From contig JBAZYH010000013.1 of NCBI GenBank assembly GCA_041659365.1, positions 1 to 30,745 of the forward strand: 30,745 bases of DNA, read 5' to 3'. The position numbers and the translations under genes are program-made. Shown piece by piece: positions 9,771 through 17,935 of this stretch; the stretch's first letter is position 1, and each line of letters starts with the position of its first letter. The DNA is from Minisyncoccota bacterium. GTDB taxonomy: Bacteria > Patescibacteriota > Minisyncoccia > Phycocordibacterales > GWA1-40-21. The notes below the pieces were generated by a model. It saw only the letters and a list, made by a program, of their open reading frames with translations. It made no database searches and had not been told where the DNA came from.

Positions 9771-10773
9771 AAACTTTTGTTATAAATAACCACTCTTGAT
9801 GATCATCAAAATCTGTTTTTCCACTGTTAAAAAATGGGTGACTTTTTTTATGTATTTCTGTACTACCTTTTTCTTCTAAAATCTTTTGAATTTGTTCTAA
9901 TTTTATTTTATTTTTTGAAGAATTACTCTTAGAATTGTAGGTATTATTATAGGATACAACTATATACTTAGATTTTAAATTTTTTATTAAATCAGCAAAA
10001 ACTTTAGGTGCTTTTACTGTACAGTATTCACTCATGTTTTCAGACTCTGGTTTTAGAGCAACTCCGTATAATTCTTTTTTATTCCACTTAACCAATGTCT
10101 CTAAAAGATGATAAAAACGACTATATTGCCTTGAATTATATGGTGGGTCTATATAAACAACATCTGCTTTTATTTTTTTCGATAAAAAATTTGCATCCTG
10201 TTGAAAAATGGAAACATTTTTAATTTTGGTTGGTACTATTTGTTTGATACATAGTCTTTTATCCCCTATTGTTTTCTTTATATAGGCGTCATAATGTCCA
10301 ACAGTATTAGCGATCTTATCTATTGAGTAAATTAGCGAAGCAAGAATAATGTTATACTCCCTTTTTTTAAGCTTATTTTTCCTTTTTTCTAAATCTTCTC
10401 TTATATAACCTATTATTTTAGAATTTTCTTTTGAAAAATATTTATCTCCAAAGTTTTTTGAGAAATAGTTCTCTTCAATTAACTTTGGATTAAGGTTATT
10501 ATACTCGTCTATTATTTTTTTAACTTTTTTATCACTAAATTCACCCTTACCAAAAAACGCTTCATAACTAACTATATTTGAATATAACAAGTCATTCAAA
10601 ATAATGTGTTTAAATTTTTTTGAAGCCTCTGCCCCAATAACACCTGTTCCTGCAAAAATATCAGCAAAAGTATCACCCTTACAATTCTTTTCTATAAGCG
10701 AAAAAATCCAACTTTTTAGTTTTGCTTTACTACCTATATATCTTCTATTTTCAATGTTTATTAATCCTTCCAT
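9757..10773 (-). CDS. DNA N6-adenine methyltransferase (Dam/D12 class), M1 of Type IIS system
   Basis: N-terminal RYIGSK (Dam-family K-box), FAGTGVIG (motif I), DPPY (motif IV). Confidence 0.8.
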   Translation of the reverse strand: MEGLINIENRRYIGSKAKLKSWIFSLIEKNCKGDTFADIFAGTGVIGAEASKKFKHIILNDLLYSNIVSYEAFFGKGEFSDKKVKKIIDEYNNLNPKLIEENYFSKNFGDKYFSKENSKIIGYIREDLEKRKNKLKKREYNIILASLIYSIDKIANTVGHYDAYIKKTIGDKRLCIKQIVPTKIKNVSIFQQDANFLSKKIKADVVYIDPPYNSRQYSRFYHLLETLVKWNKKELYGVALKPESENMSEYCTVKAPKVFADLIKNLKSKYIVVSYNNTYNSKSNSSKNKIKLEQIQKILEEKGSTEIHKKSHPFFNSGKTDFDDHQEWLFITKVYDKK

Positions 10774-10774
10774 G

Positions 10775-10957
10775 TTATTTTATTTCAACTTTCTCAAGAA
10801 AGCTCTGAAACTCAACCTTGCATATTCTAAATTCTTTACCAATTTTATATGCTTTTAATTTGCCTGATTTTATATAACGATATATCGTCATTACGTTTAC
10901 CTTAAGTTTATTAGCCAAATCTTCGGCCTTATAGAACTCTTCTTCTTTATTATTCAT
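10775..10957 (-). CDS. Excisionase-family / MerR-like helix-turn-helix DNA-binding protein (RM controller or recombination directionality factor candidate)
   Basis: 60 aa. LKVNVMTIYRYIKSGKLKAYKIGKEFRI matches the excisionase-family HTH pattern (L.VS..TIYR.I..G.LPA.RIG.RWRI). Confidence 0.65.
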   Translation of the reverse strand: MNNKEEEFYKAEDLANKLKVNVMTIYRYIKSGKLKAYKIGKEFRICKVEFQSFLEKVEIK

Positions 10958-11429
10958 ATTTTTTTTGAATTATTTTTAATTTTTTATGATCATATTTTTG
11001 AACCACACCATTCTTGTCTATCAAAAACACACTAAGTCTTAATTTATTACATACATAATAAGGAATTTTCTTTAAAGCTATCTTTTCAAAAGACTGTGGA
11101 AAAGCAACACCGTAATTATAACCACCATAAATAGATTTTCTATTTGTATGCATTCTTGAAATTATTTGTCCTAAAGCTGAATTAAGTGAACTACTTATAG
11201 AACCGCTTGGAGATTTTACATTTTCTTTTGGATCACCCTTACATTCCACTAGATAGTACCAACCACAAGGTTTAGGTCTAACTTTTTTTACTTTTATATC
11301 GACACCTTTTTCCCTTAAATCTGTAACTTCAACATTCTTACTACCGAAACCTTCTTTACTTAAAAATTCTCTGACAGATTTTTGAACAAACTCCTCAGAT
11401 ATTATATTTCTAGTAATTTTCATGCTCAT
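10950..11429 (-). CDS. Hypothetical protein with PD-(D/E)xK-like nuclease motif
   Basis: 159 aa; GVDIKVKKVRPKPCGWYYLVECKGD gives D...(19 aa)...E-C-K spacing typical of PD-(D/E)xK nucleases. Confidence 0.4.
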   Translation of the reverse strand: MSMKITRNIISEEFVQKSVREFLSKEGFGSKNVEVTDLREKGVDIKVKKVRPKPCGWYYLVECKGDPKENVKSPSGSISSSLNSALGQIISRMHTNRKSIYGGYNYGVAFPQSFEKIALKKIPYYVCNKLRLSVFLIDKNGVVQKYDHKKLKIIQKKYE

Positions 11430-11684
11430 TTGAGCTGTATTATACTTTACAATTCTTTACACAACAAGCTTATATATTTGATTTTTTAATATTAACAAAT
11501 CTTAACAAATATAAAGTATTATTTTATTAAAAATATGAATTATATGGTTTTAGATCTTGATTTAATATTTTTTTATTTCTTAAGGCTCTTTTTACGTTTT
11601 CTGAGATCATTATTTTTTCATAATTCTTAAAAAACTTTATAAATTCCCTTTTTTGTTTTTTTGTCATATTTTTTATTATTTTAA

Positions 11685-12812
11685 TTAATTATTAACCTTT
11701 ATCCTTAATGGATCAAAACTTTTTATTGTTTGATCTATCTGTTGGACCCATGAATGTAAGGACTGCTTATTTGAAATTTTATTCAAAATCTTTATATCAT
11801 CTGCAAGCCTGTACCAGCTTCTTTGTTTTGTACATCTAGAAAGGATATCTCTTAATTCTCTTATACCTCCTTCATCTTTAGATAAAATGCTTAAACCTAC
11901 CAGAAAAATAGCCTGTTTCCCCTTAATACTCATATTCTCTTTTACTATTTTTCTTATTAGACGTTTAGGGCTATTAATAAGTTCGAATAAAAACAAATTC
12001 TCCCCTTTTATTATCTCTTCCCAATACCAACTTACAATTTTTTGACATACATCCCTTTTAATAATATCTCTAAAGACTGGACGTTCTGTAAAATTCATCT
12101 TTTTCATTACTTCCTTCATCTTTCTTTTACTACTCAACCTTACTTCGAACCTTAGAATCTCAAGAAGTGGCATTTTATTTTTTATTTCTGTAAAAAGTGA
12201 CTTTTGGTATTGTGAAGGGTTTTTATCAATAGCTTTTTTCTTATCCTTTATTATATCGGCAAGTTTGTCGTAGAAAACTATAGAATGACTTTGCGTCCTT
12301 ATTTGTAAGCTTGATCCATCGTTTGAAAAAACAACATCAGTTTTATCAAACTTTTTACTAACATTTATTTTTGATAACTCCTTTATTACCGCACTAGCCG
12401 TATAACCATCAGAAAGAATTATGTTCTTTGAAGGATGAAACGCGGATACTGTAGCAGATTCCAAATTTTTTTGAGATATTATTTCACCCATATTCTTGAG
12501 TCTTTCTTGTAATGTTTTAACTATCAAGGGAAAGTCTAACTCCTCTACTTCATTCAAATTATCACCCTTTATTAATTTAGGAACTGAAAACTCTATATTT
12601 ACCCCCTGCTTGAATTTTTTTGAACTGTTAGATTGAGTAAAACCAGTTAACTTTACACTAGATAGACCCATATTTAGTTCATCTTCAGACGTATTTTTAA
12701 TGCGTTTACAATAACCTTTTCCAGTACTATGTAGGTGCCATTTAGGGAACTTATTATCATTAATTGTTTTTATCTTTTCTCTAGGAACAGATAAAATTAC
12801 TGTATCTATCAT
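11685..12812 (-). CDS. Rolling-circle replication initiator, Rep_trans (pT181 RepC / phage gpII-like) family
   Basis: 375 aa. SIVFYDKLADI resembles the RIYDK/FIRIYNKKQE motif and ILRFEVRLSSKR resembles the LWRVEIELKRD segment of pT181 RepC. Recalled from memory, not searched. Confidence 0.5.
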   Translation of the reverse strand: MIDTVILSVPREKIKTINDNKFPKWHLHSTGKGYCKRIKNTSEDELNMGLSSVKLTGFTQSNSSKKFKQGVNIEFSVPKLIKGDNLNEVEELDFPLIVKTLQERLKNMGEIISQKNLESATVSAFHPSKNIILSDGYTASAVIKELSKINVSKKFDKTDVVFSNDGSSLQIRTQSHSIVFYDKLADIIKDKKKAIDKNPSQYQKSLFTEIKNKMPLLEILRFEVRLSSKRKMKEVMKKMNFTERPVFRDIIKRDVCQKIVSWYWEEIIKGENLFLFELINSPKRLIRKIVKENMSIKGKQAIFLVGLSILSKDEGGIRELRDILSRCTKQRSWYRLADDIKILNKISNKQSLHSWVQQIDQTIKSFDPLRIKVNN

Positions 12813-12892
12813 AAATTTATACTTATATTATCGTTCTTATAATTTTGTGGATTTGTCCTCTTATCGACCTGTAGAAGAATAGAAAAAAGACC

Positions 12893-12912
12893 AATCAGAT
12901 TTTGATCTGATT
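12893..12912. repeat. Perfect inverted repeat AATCAGAT-TTTG-ATCTGATT
   Basis: 8-bp arms, seen directly. Upstream of the Rep gene in a 300-bp non-coding region. Confidence 0.6.
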
Positions 12913-13070
12913 CAAATATCTCTTGTTTTGAAAAATTAGTATCATCTAATTTTTCTATGTTTTCTTTTTTATTCTCTTTATCTTCCACATAGTCGAGTAT
13001 AAAGAAAAAACACCCCTAAGGATGCTCTTGTTAGATTCTTGTTAATTTTGTAACCTCTCACTAATGTTAA

Positions 13071-13134
13071 CAATAGTTAACATTAGTAGAATTAACAAGT
13101 TAGACATCTAACTTGTTAATTCTACTTTTTAAGC
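13071..13134. repeat. Two adjacent perfect palindromes (CTAATGTTAAC-AATA-GTTAACATTAG; TAGAATTAACAAGTTAG-ACAT-CTAACTTGTTAATTCTA): candidate replication origin / operator
   Basis: 11-bp and 17-bp perfect inverted repeats read directly. Located between the Rep_trans gene and the next gene; the second overlaps the stop codon of 13122-14015. Confidence 0.6.
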
Positions 13135-14015
13135 TTTCTGGCTCTTTTTCTGCCCCTTTTTTTAATACAGTCTTTATTTTCTAGAACATTTTGGCAATAA
13201 TTACCTTTATAACCAAATGGTAAAGGCTTTCCACAACTTTTACAATATTTTGATGTCTTATAAAGAGCATATATCTCCTCAGTTACTAATGAATATAAAC
13301 CTCTAGCTATTGCTACTACAATATATTCATCATCATCCTCATCCAACTCTTTTATTTGATTTTTCAAAATTGAATTATCTTCACTATAGGAAATAACACC
13401 ATTATTTATAGAGTGATCTAAAGTCTTCCATAATTCAGAATATGGCACCCTAATATAAAAGACTAGAGGTTCTTTTAGACAAAAGATATTTTCCCATATA
13501 CTTACCTCACCATTCATCACTCTTTTAAAGTTTTCATCTATTATGGATCCAAATTTAATCAAAGAAGCTTCATCGTAATTTTTTAAATAAAGTTCTTTTA
13601 TTATATTTTCTTTTTTTAATCCATGTGAAATTCTCCAGAATAAAGGTACCTCTAACATACCCTCATAACTATATAAGCTCAAACTAAATGCTTCTCCCTC
13701 TGTCTTCCTACTTCCAAACATAGGAATGTTTTGTTTTAAAATTTCGTAAATATTTTTTTGCCACTCATCAGTATTGCTATTTAATTTTGGGAGAACACAA
13801 AGTTTATTATTATTACCATCTATACATTCAGTAGATACATATTTAATAGATAAATCATCTAGTGAAATTGGAGTTTTTTTAAGATATTCAAGAAGTTGAT
13901 ATGATAAAGATCCTCTTTTTGATAAATCAAAATCATTATTAGCTTTAATAATATCCTTAGTTTCAGATATCACTATTGCATATCTTATGGGAAATCTATC
14001 GGGTAGACTTTTCAT
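13122..14015 (-). CDS. Hypothetical protein with C-terminal Cys-rich (CxxC...C) ribbon and basic tail
   Basis: 297-aa intact ORF; YCKSCGKPLPFGYKGNYCQNV...KKRGRKRARKLKK at the C-terminus. Confidence 0.45.
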   Translation of the reverse strand: MKSLPDRFPIRYAIVISETKDIIKANNDFDLSKRGSLSYQLLEYLKKTPISLDDLSIKYVSTECIDGNNNKLCVLPKLNSNTDEWQKNIYEILKQNIPMFGSRKTEGEAFSLSLYSYEGMLEVPLFWRISHGLKKENIIKELYLKNYDEASLIKFGSIIDENFKRVMNGEVSIWENIFCLKEPLVFYIRVPYSELWKTLDHSINNGVISYSEDNSILKNQIKELDEDDDEYIVVAIARGLYSLVTEEIYALYKTSKYCKSCGKPLPFGYKGNYCQNVLENKDCIKKRGRKRARKLKK

Positions 14016-14064
14016 TACTTTACTTTACTTTACAACATGAAGAATATCAAGCTATACTTTGACC

Positions 14065-15381
14065 ATGGAAGAAAATAAACCATACACAGTTTCTAATTAT
14101 ATTGAACTAATAAATTCTACTTTAGAAGGACTTTTTGCTGATATTATTGGTGAAATTAGTGAACTTAAAATAGCTAGTAGTGGACATATTTATCTTACAC
14201 TTAAAGATAAAGATACTGGCTATATTTTACCCTGTACCATATGGAAACGTGACTATGATTTAATCGCCATAAAACTAGAAGTTGGGATGGAGATTTTGGT
14301 TAGAGGTAAGCCAGATTTCTATGGACCCTTTGGTAAACTATCGTTTATTGCAAAACATGCAGAATTGGTTGGTGAAGGTGCTTTAAAAAAGGCTTATGAT
14401 GAACTTAAAAAGAAATTAACTTCCGAAGGTTTATTTGAACAATCAAGAAAGAAGCCTATACCATTGTTTCCACAAAAGATTGGTGTAATTACATCTTTAC
14501 ACGGTGCTGTAATACATGATTTTAGTAATAATTTAAAGAAGTTCGGTTTTAAGGTAAAGATTGTTGATTCAAAGGTTGAAGGTCCAGAATCTGGAAAATT
14601 TCTCACACTAGCTGTTCGTTATTTTAAAAAGCAAGATATCGATGTCTTAGTCTTAATTAGAGGTGGTGGCTCAATGCAATCATTAGCTGGGTTTGATAAT
14701 GAAGCTTTGGTTAGAGAGATATCATCATTTCCAGTCCCGGTAATAACTGGCATTGGTCATCATAAGGATATACCATTAGCAACCTTAGTATCTGATGCTT
14801 CTGAATCAACTCCATCACTTGTAGCAACTTTATTGAATAAGTCATGGGAAGAGGCCGTATACTCGATAGATAAAAAACAATCAAATATTTTAAATATATA
14901 CAGTAATTGGTTAGAAAACTTTTCTCAAAAAATAGAATCATCGTTTAGAAAAATTAATTCATTTTTAAACAATATTATTGAAAAACATAAAAAAGCAAAA
15001 GAATTATTAAGAAATGCAACAGGTAGAATATCACTTCAAATAAGGCTTGATAGAAAAAAATTGATTGGGATACAAACGGATATTTTAAGTGGTTTTAAAA
15101 GTACAACCGAAATGATAAGAATTGATAAAATACCTAATACTGGAAAAAGAATTATAGAGTTATGTTTAAGAGGTTGTAAGAAGATATCAGATAAGATCAA
15201 AGATATTTCAAAATTAATAGAGTCGAATGATCCAGATAAGTTACTAAAATTAGGTTATAGTATTATTTCTAATAGTAAAGGTATAATTAAAAGTATAAAA
15301 GATATTAAAATAGGTGAAAATATAGAGATAAATGTTTTTGATGGTAAAATTTTATCAGAAGTTAAGAATATAAATAAATAA
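14065..15381 (+). CDS. xseA: Exodeoxyribonuclease VII large subunit
   Basis: N-terminal OB-fold region (YTVSNYIELINSTLEG...GEISELK) and catalytic region; length and order match XseA. ATG at 14065 is preferred over the ORF-track TTG at 14059. Confidence 0.8.
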   Translation: MEENKPYTVSNYIELINSTLEGLFADIIGEISELKIASSGHIYLTLKDKDTGYILPCTIWKRDYDLIAIKLEVGMEILVRGKPDFYGPFGKLSFIAKHAELVGEGALKKAYDELKKKLTSEGLFEQSRKKPIPLFPQKIGVITSLHGAVIHDFSNNLKKFGFKVKIVDSKVEGPESGKFLTLAVRYFKKQDIDVLVLIRGGGSMQSLAGFDNEALVREISSFPVPVITGIGHHKDIPLATLVSDASESTPSLVATLLNKSWEEAVYSIDKKQSNILNIYSNWLENFSQKIESSFRKINSFLNNIIEKHKKAKELLRNATGRISLQIRLDRKKLIGIQTDILSGFKSTTEMIRIDKIPNTGKRIIELCLRGCKKISDKIKDISKLIESNDPDKLLKLGYSIISNSKGIIKSIKDIKIGENIEINVFDGKILSEVKNINK

Positions 15382-15382
15382 T

Positions 15383-15622
15383 ATGAAAAAAGAAGAACAA
15401 AAAGTAAATCTAACAGAAAATCTTGATAAACTTTCAAAGATTTCTGAATGGTTTGACGCCAGAGATGAAATTGATGTTGAAGAAGGTTTAACAAAAGTAA
15501 AAGAAGCAGTAGTACTTATCAAGGAGAGTAAAGGTAGGCTCTCTGAGATTGAAAACGAGTTTGAAACAATTAAAAAGGATCTAGATAGTGAAGATCAGGG
15601 CGAATCTGAATCAGATTTTTAA
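15383..15622 (+). CDS. xseB: Exodeoxyribonuclease VII small subunit
   Basis: 79 aa; LSKISEWFDARDEIDVEEGLTKVKEAVVLIKESKGRL matches the XseB helical hairpin. Starts 1 nt after the xseA stop. Confidence 0.8.
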   Translation: MKKEEQKVNLTENLDKLSKISEWFDARDEIDVEEGLTKVKEAVVLIKESKGRLSEIENEFETIKKDLDSEDQGESESDF

Positions 15623-15632
15623 AACAACAAAT

Positions 15633-16178
15633 TTAACTATTTTTCTGATTATTTATCCTTTTAATTTCAGCTTCTGCTTCTTCAAATATCTTTTTCATTT
15701 CAGGCGAGATTGGTCTAGTTTCTCTGTAAAAAGAGTAAAACATACTTGATATTTTGGTCCATAAACTAACTTTTAATTCTTTTCTCCTAGAGTAAATCTT
15801 TAATATAATTTTGTAAAAATAATCCTTTAAATATAGAGACTTGTCATCAACTATCATTAAGTCTAGACATTCTTTTGTAAATGACTCCATATTCTTAGGT
15901 TTCTTTATTTCCATGTAGTTAAATATCTTGAAAACTAGCTCTTGAATAGAGTCTACAAAAGAACCAATATACCAAGCACCAGGAAGATAACTTCCACCGT
16001 TTATCTTATTGATTCTAAGACTCGTAATAAGTCCGTCAACGAACCTAAAATACTCCTTTGATACATTTGTCATTGGGACCGTTTTACAGCTAGGACAGGG
16101 CAAATTCTCTTCATATGGAACGTATAAAGCTTCACATTTTGGACACTTATATTCTTTTAATTTTATATGATATGACAT
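15633..16178 (-). CDS. Hypothetical protein with N-terminal zinc ribbon (CPKC...CPSC)
   Basis: 181 aa, last gene of a 4-gene minus-strand operon. Confidence 0.45.
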   Translation of the reverse strand: MSYHIKLKEYKCPKCEALYVPYEENLPCPSCKTVPMTNVSKEYFRFVDGLITSLRINKINGGSYLPGAWYIGSFVDSIQELVFKIFNYMEIKKPKNMESFTKECLDLMIVDDKSLYLKDYFYKIILKIYSRRKELKVSLWTKISSMFYSFYRETRPISPEMKKIFEEAEAEIKRINNQKNS

Positions 16179-16180
16179 AT

Positions 16181-16456
16181 CTATTTTTTCAAGCTAAAAA
16201 TGAATATTCCCGAGGTAATAATATCTAAAATCTGCCAAATATCTTTACTAAAAAATAATGGTAGGATTGGATTAAATAATATAGCGACGATAGTAAAAAT
16301 CCAGCCATATTTCTTATTATTAGATTGAAAGTATGAATAAGCCAAATATACAGAAAAACCTGTAATCACCCAACGTAAAATTTGATAGTAACCATAAGGA
16401 TTGTTAAGTAAGGCTATTAATAGCAATACAGAACAGACTATTTTAATTAATTTCAT
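16181..16456 (-). CDS. Small integral membrane protein (3 predicted TM helices)
   Basis: 91 aa; hydrophobic segments IVCSVLLLIALL, ILRWVITGFSVYLAY, WIFTIVAILFNPILPLFF. Confidence 0.45.
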   Translation of the reverse strand: MKLIKIVCSVLLLIALLNNPYGYYQILRWVITGFSVYLAYSYFQSNNKKYGWIFTIVAILFNPILPLFFSKDIWQILDIITSGIFIFSLKK

Positions 16457-16649
16457 ACTTTTCTTTTATTTCTTTAGCTGTTTTTTCTAGCGCAAAATAA
16501 ATAACCTTTTGAACTGCTTGATTGTGATCTAATTCACTATCTAGCTTATTTATATCTACTTTTTCTTTAATCTGATTTTGCCATTTAATTATATCAGAAA
16601 CAAAATCAGTAGCTTGTTTTTGAGCTGAAATTTTGGCGTTTTGTTCCAT
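16443..16649 (-). CDS. Small hypothetical coiled-coil protein
   Basis: ORF 16443-16694. Start placed at the internal Met (MEQNAKIS...) to avoid a 41-nt overlap with the upstream gene. Confidence 0.35.
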   Translation of the reverse strand: MEQNAKISAQKQATDFVSDIIKWQNQIKEKVDINKLDSELDHNQAVQKVIYFALEKTAKEIKEKYEIN

Positions 16650-16653
16650 ATTT

Positions 16654-17271
16654 TTAAATACACTCAAGATTATTATCTTTCTTATAAACATCAACTAACT
16701 TTCTTAGATTTTCATTCGTAATTTTTCCATCAACATTTAAAAAGGAGTCTCCTCGTAAATTATCAAATATCTTTTCTAACCTATCGTTAGGTGAATTTTT
16801 GATCCAATTAGTTATGTCTGGGTAACCAGCAATAAACCATTTTGGTAATCCTATTGGTCTGTCATATGGACTAGCTACTGTATCTATTGATTTCGTTCCT
16901 AAATCACTTATATCAACCTCGTCGTGCAATTTTGCCTCTGATTTACATATTTTTCTTGAACCACTTATTAATATTTGATAATTAGCATAAAAACTTTCTG
17001 GTTTTATATTATCTATAATAAAAAAATCACTTATAAGTCTAACAAATTCATTTTTATTATTATCATCTGGTAATTTTTCAATATGATCCTCCCATTCTAT
17101 AGTTCTATCTTTAGATTTAATGATATCTGTACCTGAAAAACGTATATTTAAAATAATAATACTAGTTATGTATACTATTAGAAAAATTAACCACTTATGG
17201 GTAAAAGCTAACGCAATTAAACCTAATATTAAAGCGGTTCCAGACCATACTCCATATGATTTATTTTTCAT
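16654..17271 (-). CDS. Membrane-anchored hypothetical protein (two N-terminal TM helices + soluble domain)
   Basis: 205 aa; N-terminal ALILGLIALAFTHKWLIFLIVYITSIIIL, then a charged soluble domain. No family recognised. Confidence 0.45.
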   Translation of the reverse strand: MKNKSYGVWSGTALILGLIALAFTHKWLIFLIVYITSIIILNIRFSGTDIIKSKDRTIEWEDHIEKLPDDNNKNEFVRLISDFFIIDNIKPESFYANYQILISGSRKICKSEAKLHDEVDISDLGTKSIDTVASPYDRPIGLPKWFIAGYPDITNWIKNSPNDRLEKIFDNLRGDSFLNVDGKITNENLRKLVDVYKKDNNLECI

Positions 17272-17304
17272 ATTATTTATTTAATTTATTTTTATATACA
17301 AAAA

Positions 17305-17410
17305 GCCCACCACATGGTCAACAGCAAAAGCTGTTTATACCGGTTTCCCGATATAGCCTGGAAAGACAACCCCATATGATGGGTTTTTTATGTCTTTCCA
17401 GGACTTTTTT
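17305..17410 (+). ncRNA. Candidate small RNA / orphan intrinsic terminator (GC-rich hairpins ending in U-tract)
   Basis: Hairpin AACAGC-AAAA-GCTGTT (17320-17335). Compound hairpin CCTGGAAAGACA...TGTCTTTCCAGG (17357-17402) followed by CTTTTTTTC. No plus-strand CDS upstream; TATATA at 17293-17298 is a possible -10. Confidence 0.3.
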
Positions 17411-17520
17411 TCATCATGCCAATAATTACTTACTGGTTTAGATTACTTTCAATATTTAGTTGTTTCTTAATTATTACATACAATGGTTTACATTTCAAAT
17501 ATGTTTTAAAGATTTTTATA

Positions 17521-17880
17521 TACTAGCAAATACTAGCAAATACTATTATTTCAATATAATAAAAAATATAACCAAATGTCAGTAAATGTCAGTCTTCCAA
17601 TGTAAACATATGTCAACATTTTTTAAAGTAATATTAATTAAAAATATACTTAAATAATGGTCCACAATGTTAGCATTTGTTAGCATTTTAATATTATCAA
17701 AAGATTAATAAATACTATCAAATACTATCATGCCAGTATGATAGAAATGTAACCAAATGTAAGCAAATGTCAGTATTCCCATGTGAACTTATGTCAACCT
17801 TTTTTAAAGTAATATTAATTAAAAATTTGCTTAAATAATAGTCCATAATGTTAACATTTATTAACATTTAAATTATATAT
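17521..17880. repeat. Two diverged tandem copies of an about 180-bp unit, each containing three short (10-11 bp) tandem doublets (iteron-like)
   Basis: Unit 1 17521-17700 and unit 2 17702-17880, about 85% identical by eye. Doublets in unit 1: TACTAGCAAA x2, AAATGTCAGT x2, TGTTAGCATTT x2. Doublets in unit 2: ATACTATCAA/ATACTATCA, AAATGTAAGC/AAATGTCAGT, TGTTAACATTT/ATTAACATTTA. Confidence 0.75.
17851..17879 (+). promoter_or_regulatory. Putative sigma-70-like promoter of the SIR2-HerA operon (TTAACA-17-TATATA)
   Basis: Hexamers read directly with 17-nt spacing. AT-rich context makes this weak evidence. Confidence 0.3.
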
Positions 17881-17935
17881 ATTGGTGAATTATCCTTTAC
17901 TTTACTTTACTTTACATTTTGTTACTATTTATATA

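Noticed and set aside
11527-11667. 46-aa basic minus-strand ORF (MTKKQKREFIKFFKNYEKIM...) between Rep and the PD-ExK gene
   Set aside because: No Shine-Dalgarno, and an AT-rich region generates such ORFs by chance. Could be a small DNA-binding copy-control protein, but evidence is insufficient.
17521-17880. CRISPR array
   Set aside because: Only two about 180-bp units of imperfect identity, no short identical repeats separated by unique spacers, and no cas genes nearby. Better described as iteron-like tandem repeats.
14059-17935. xseAB plus the four-gene operon as a unit inserted between the two (TTTAC)n tracts
   Set aside because: A pentamer microsatellite is too simple to serve as convincing direct repeats of an insertion. 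xseAB composition looks host-like. Kept only as a regulatory or phase-variation observation.
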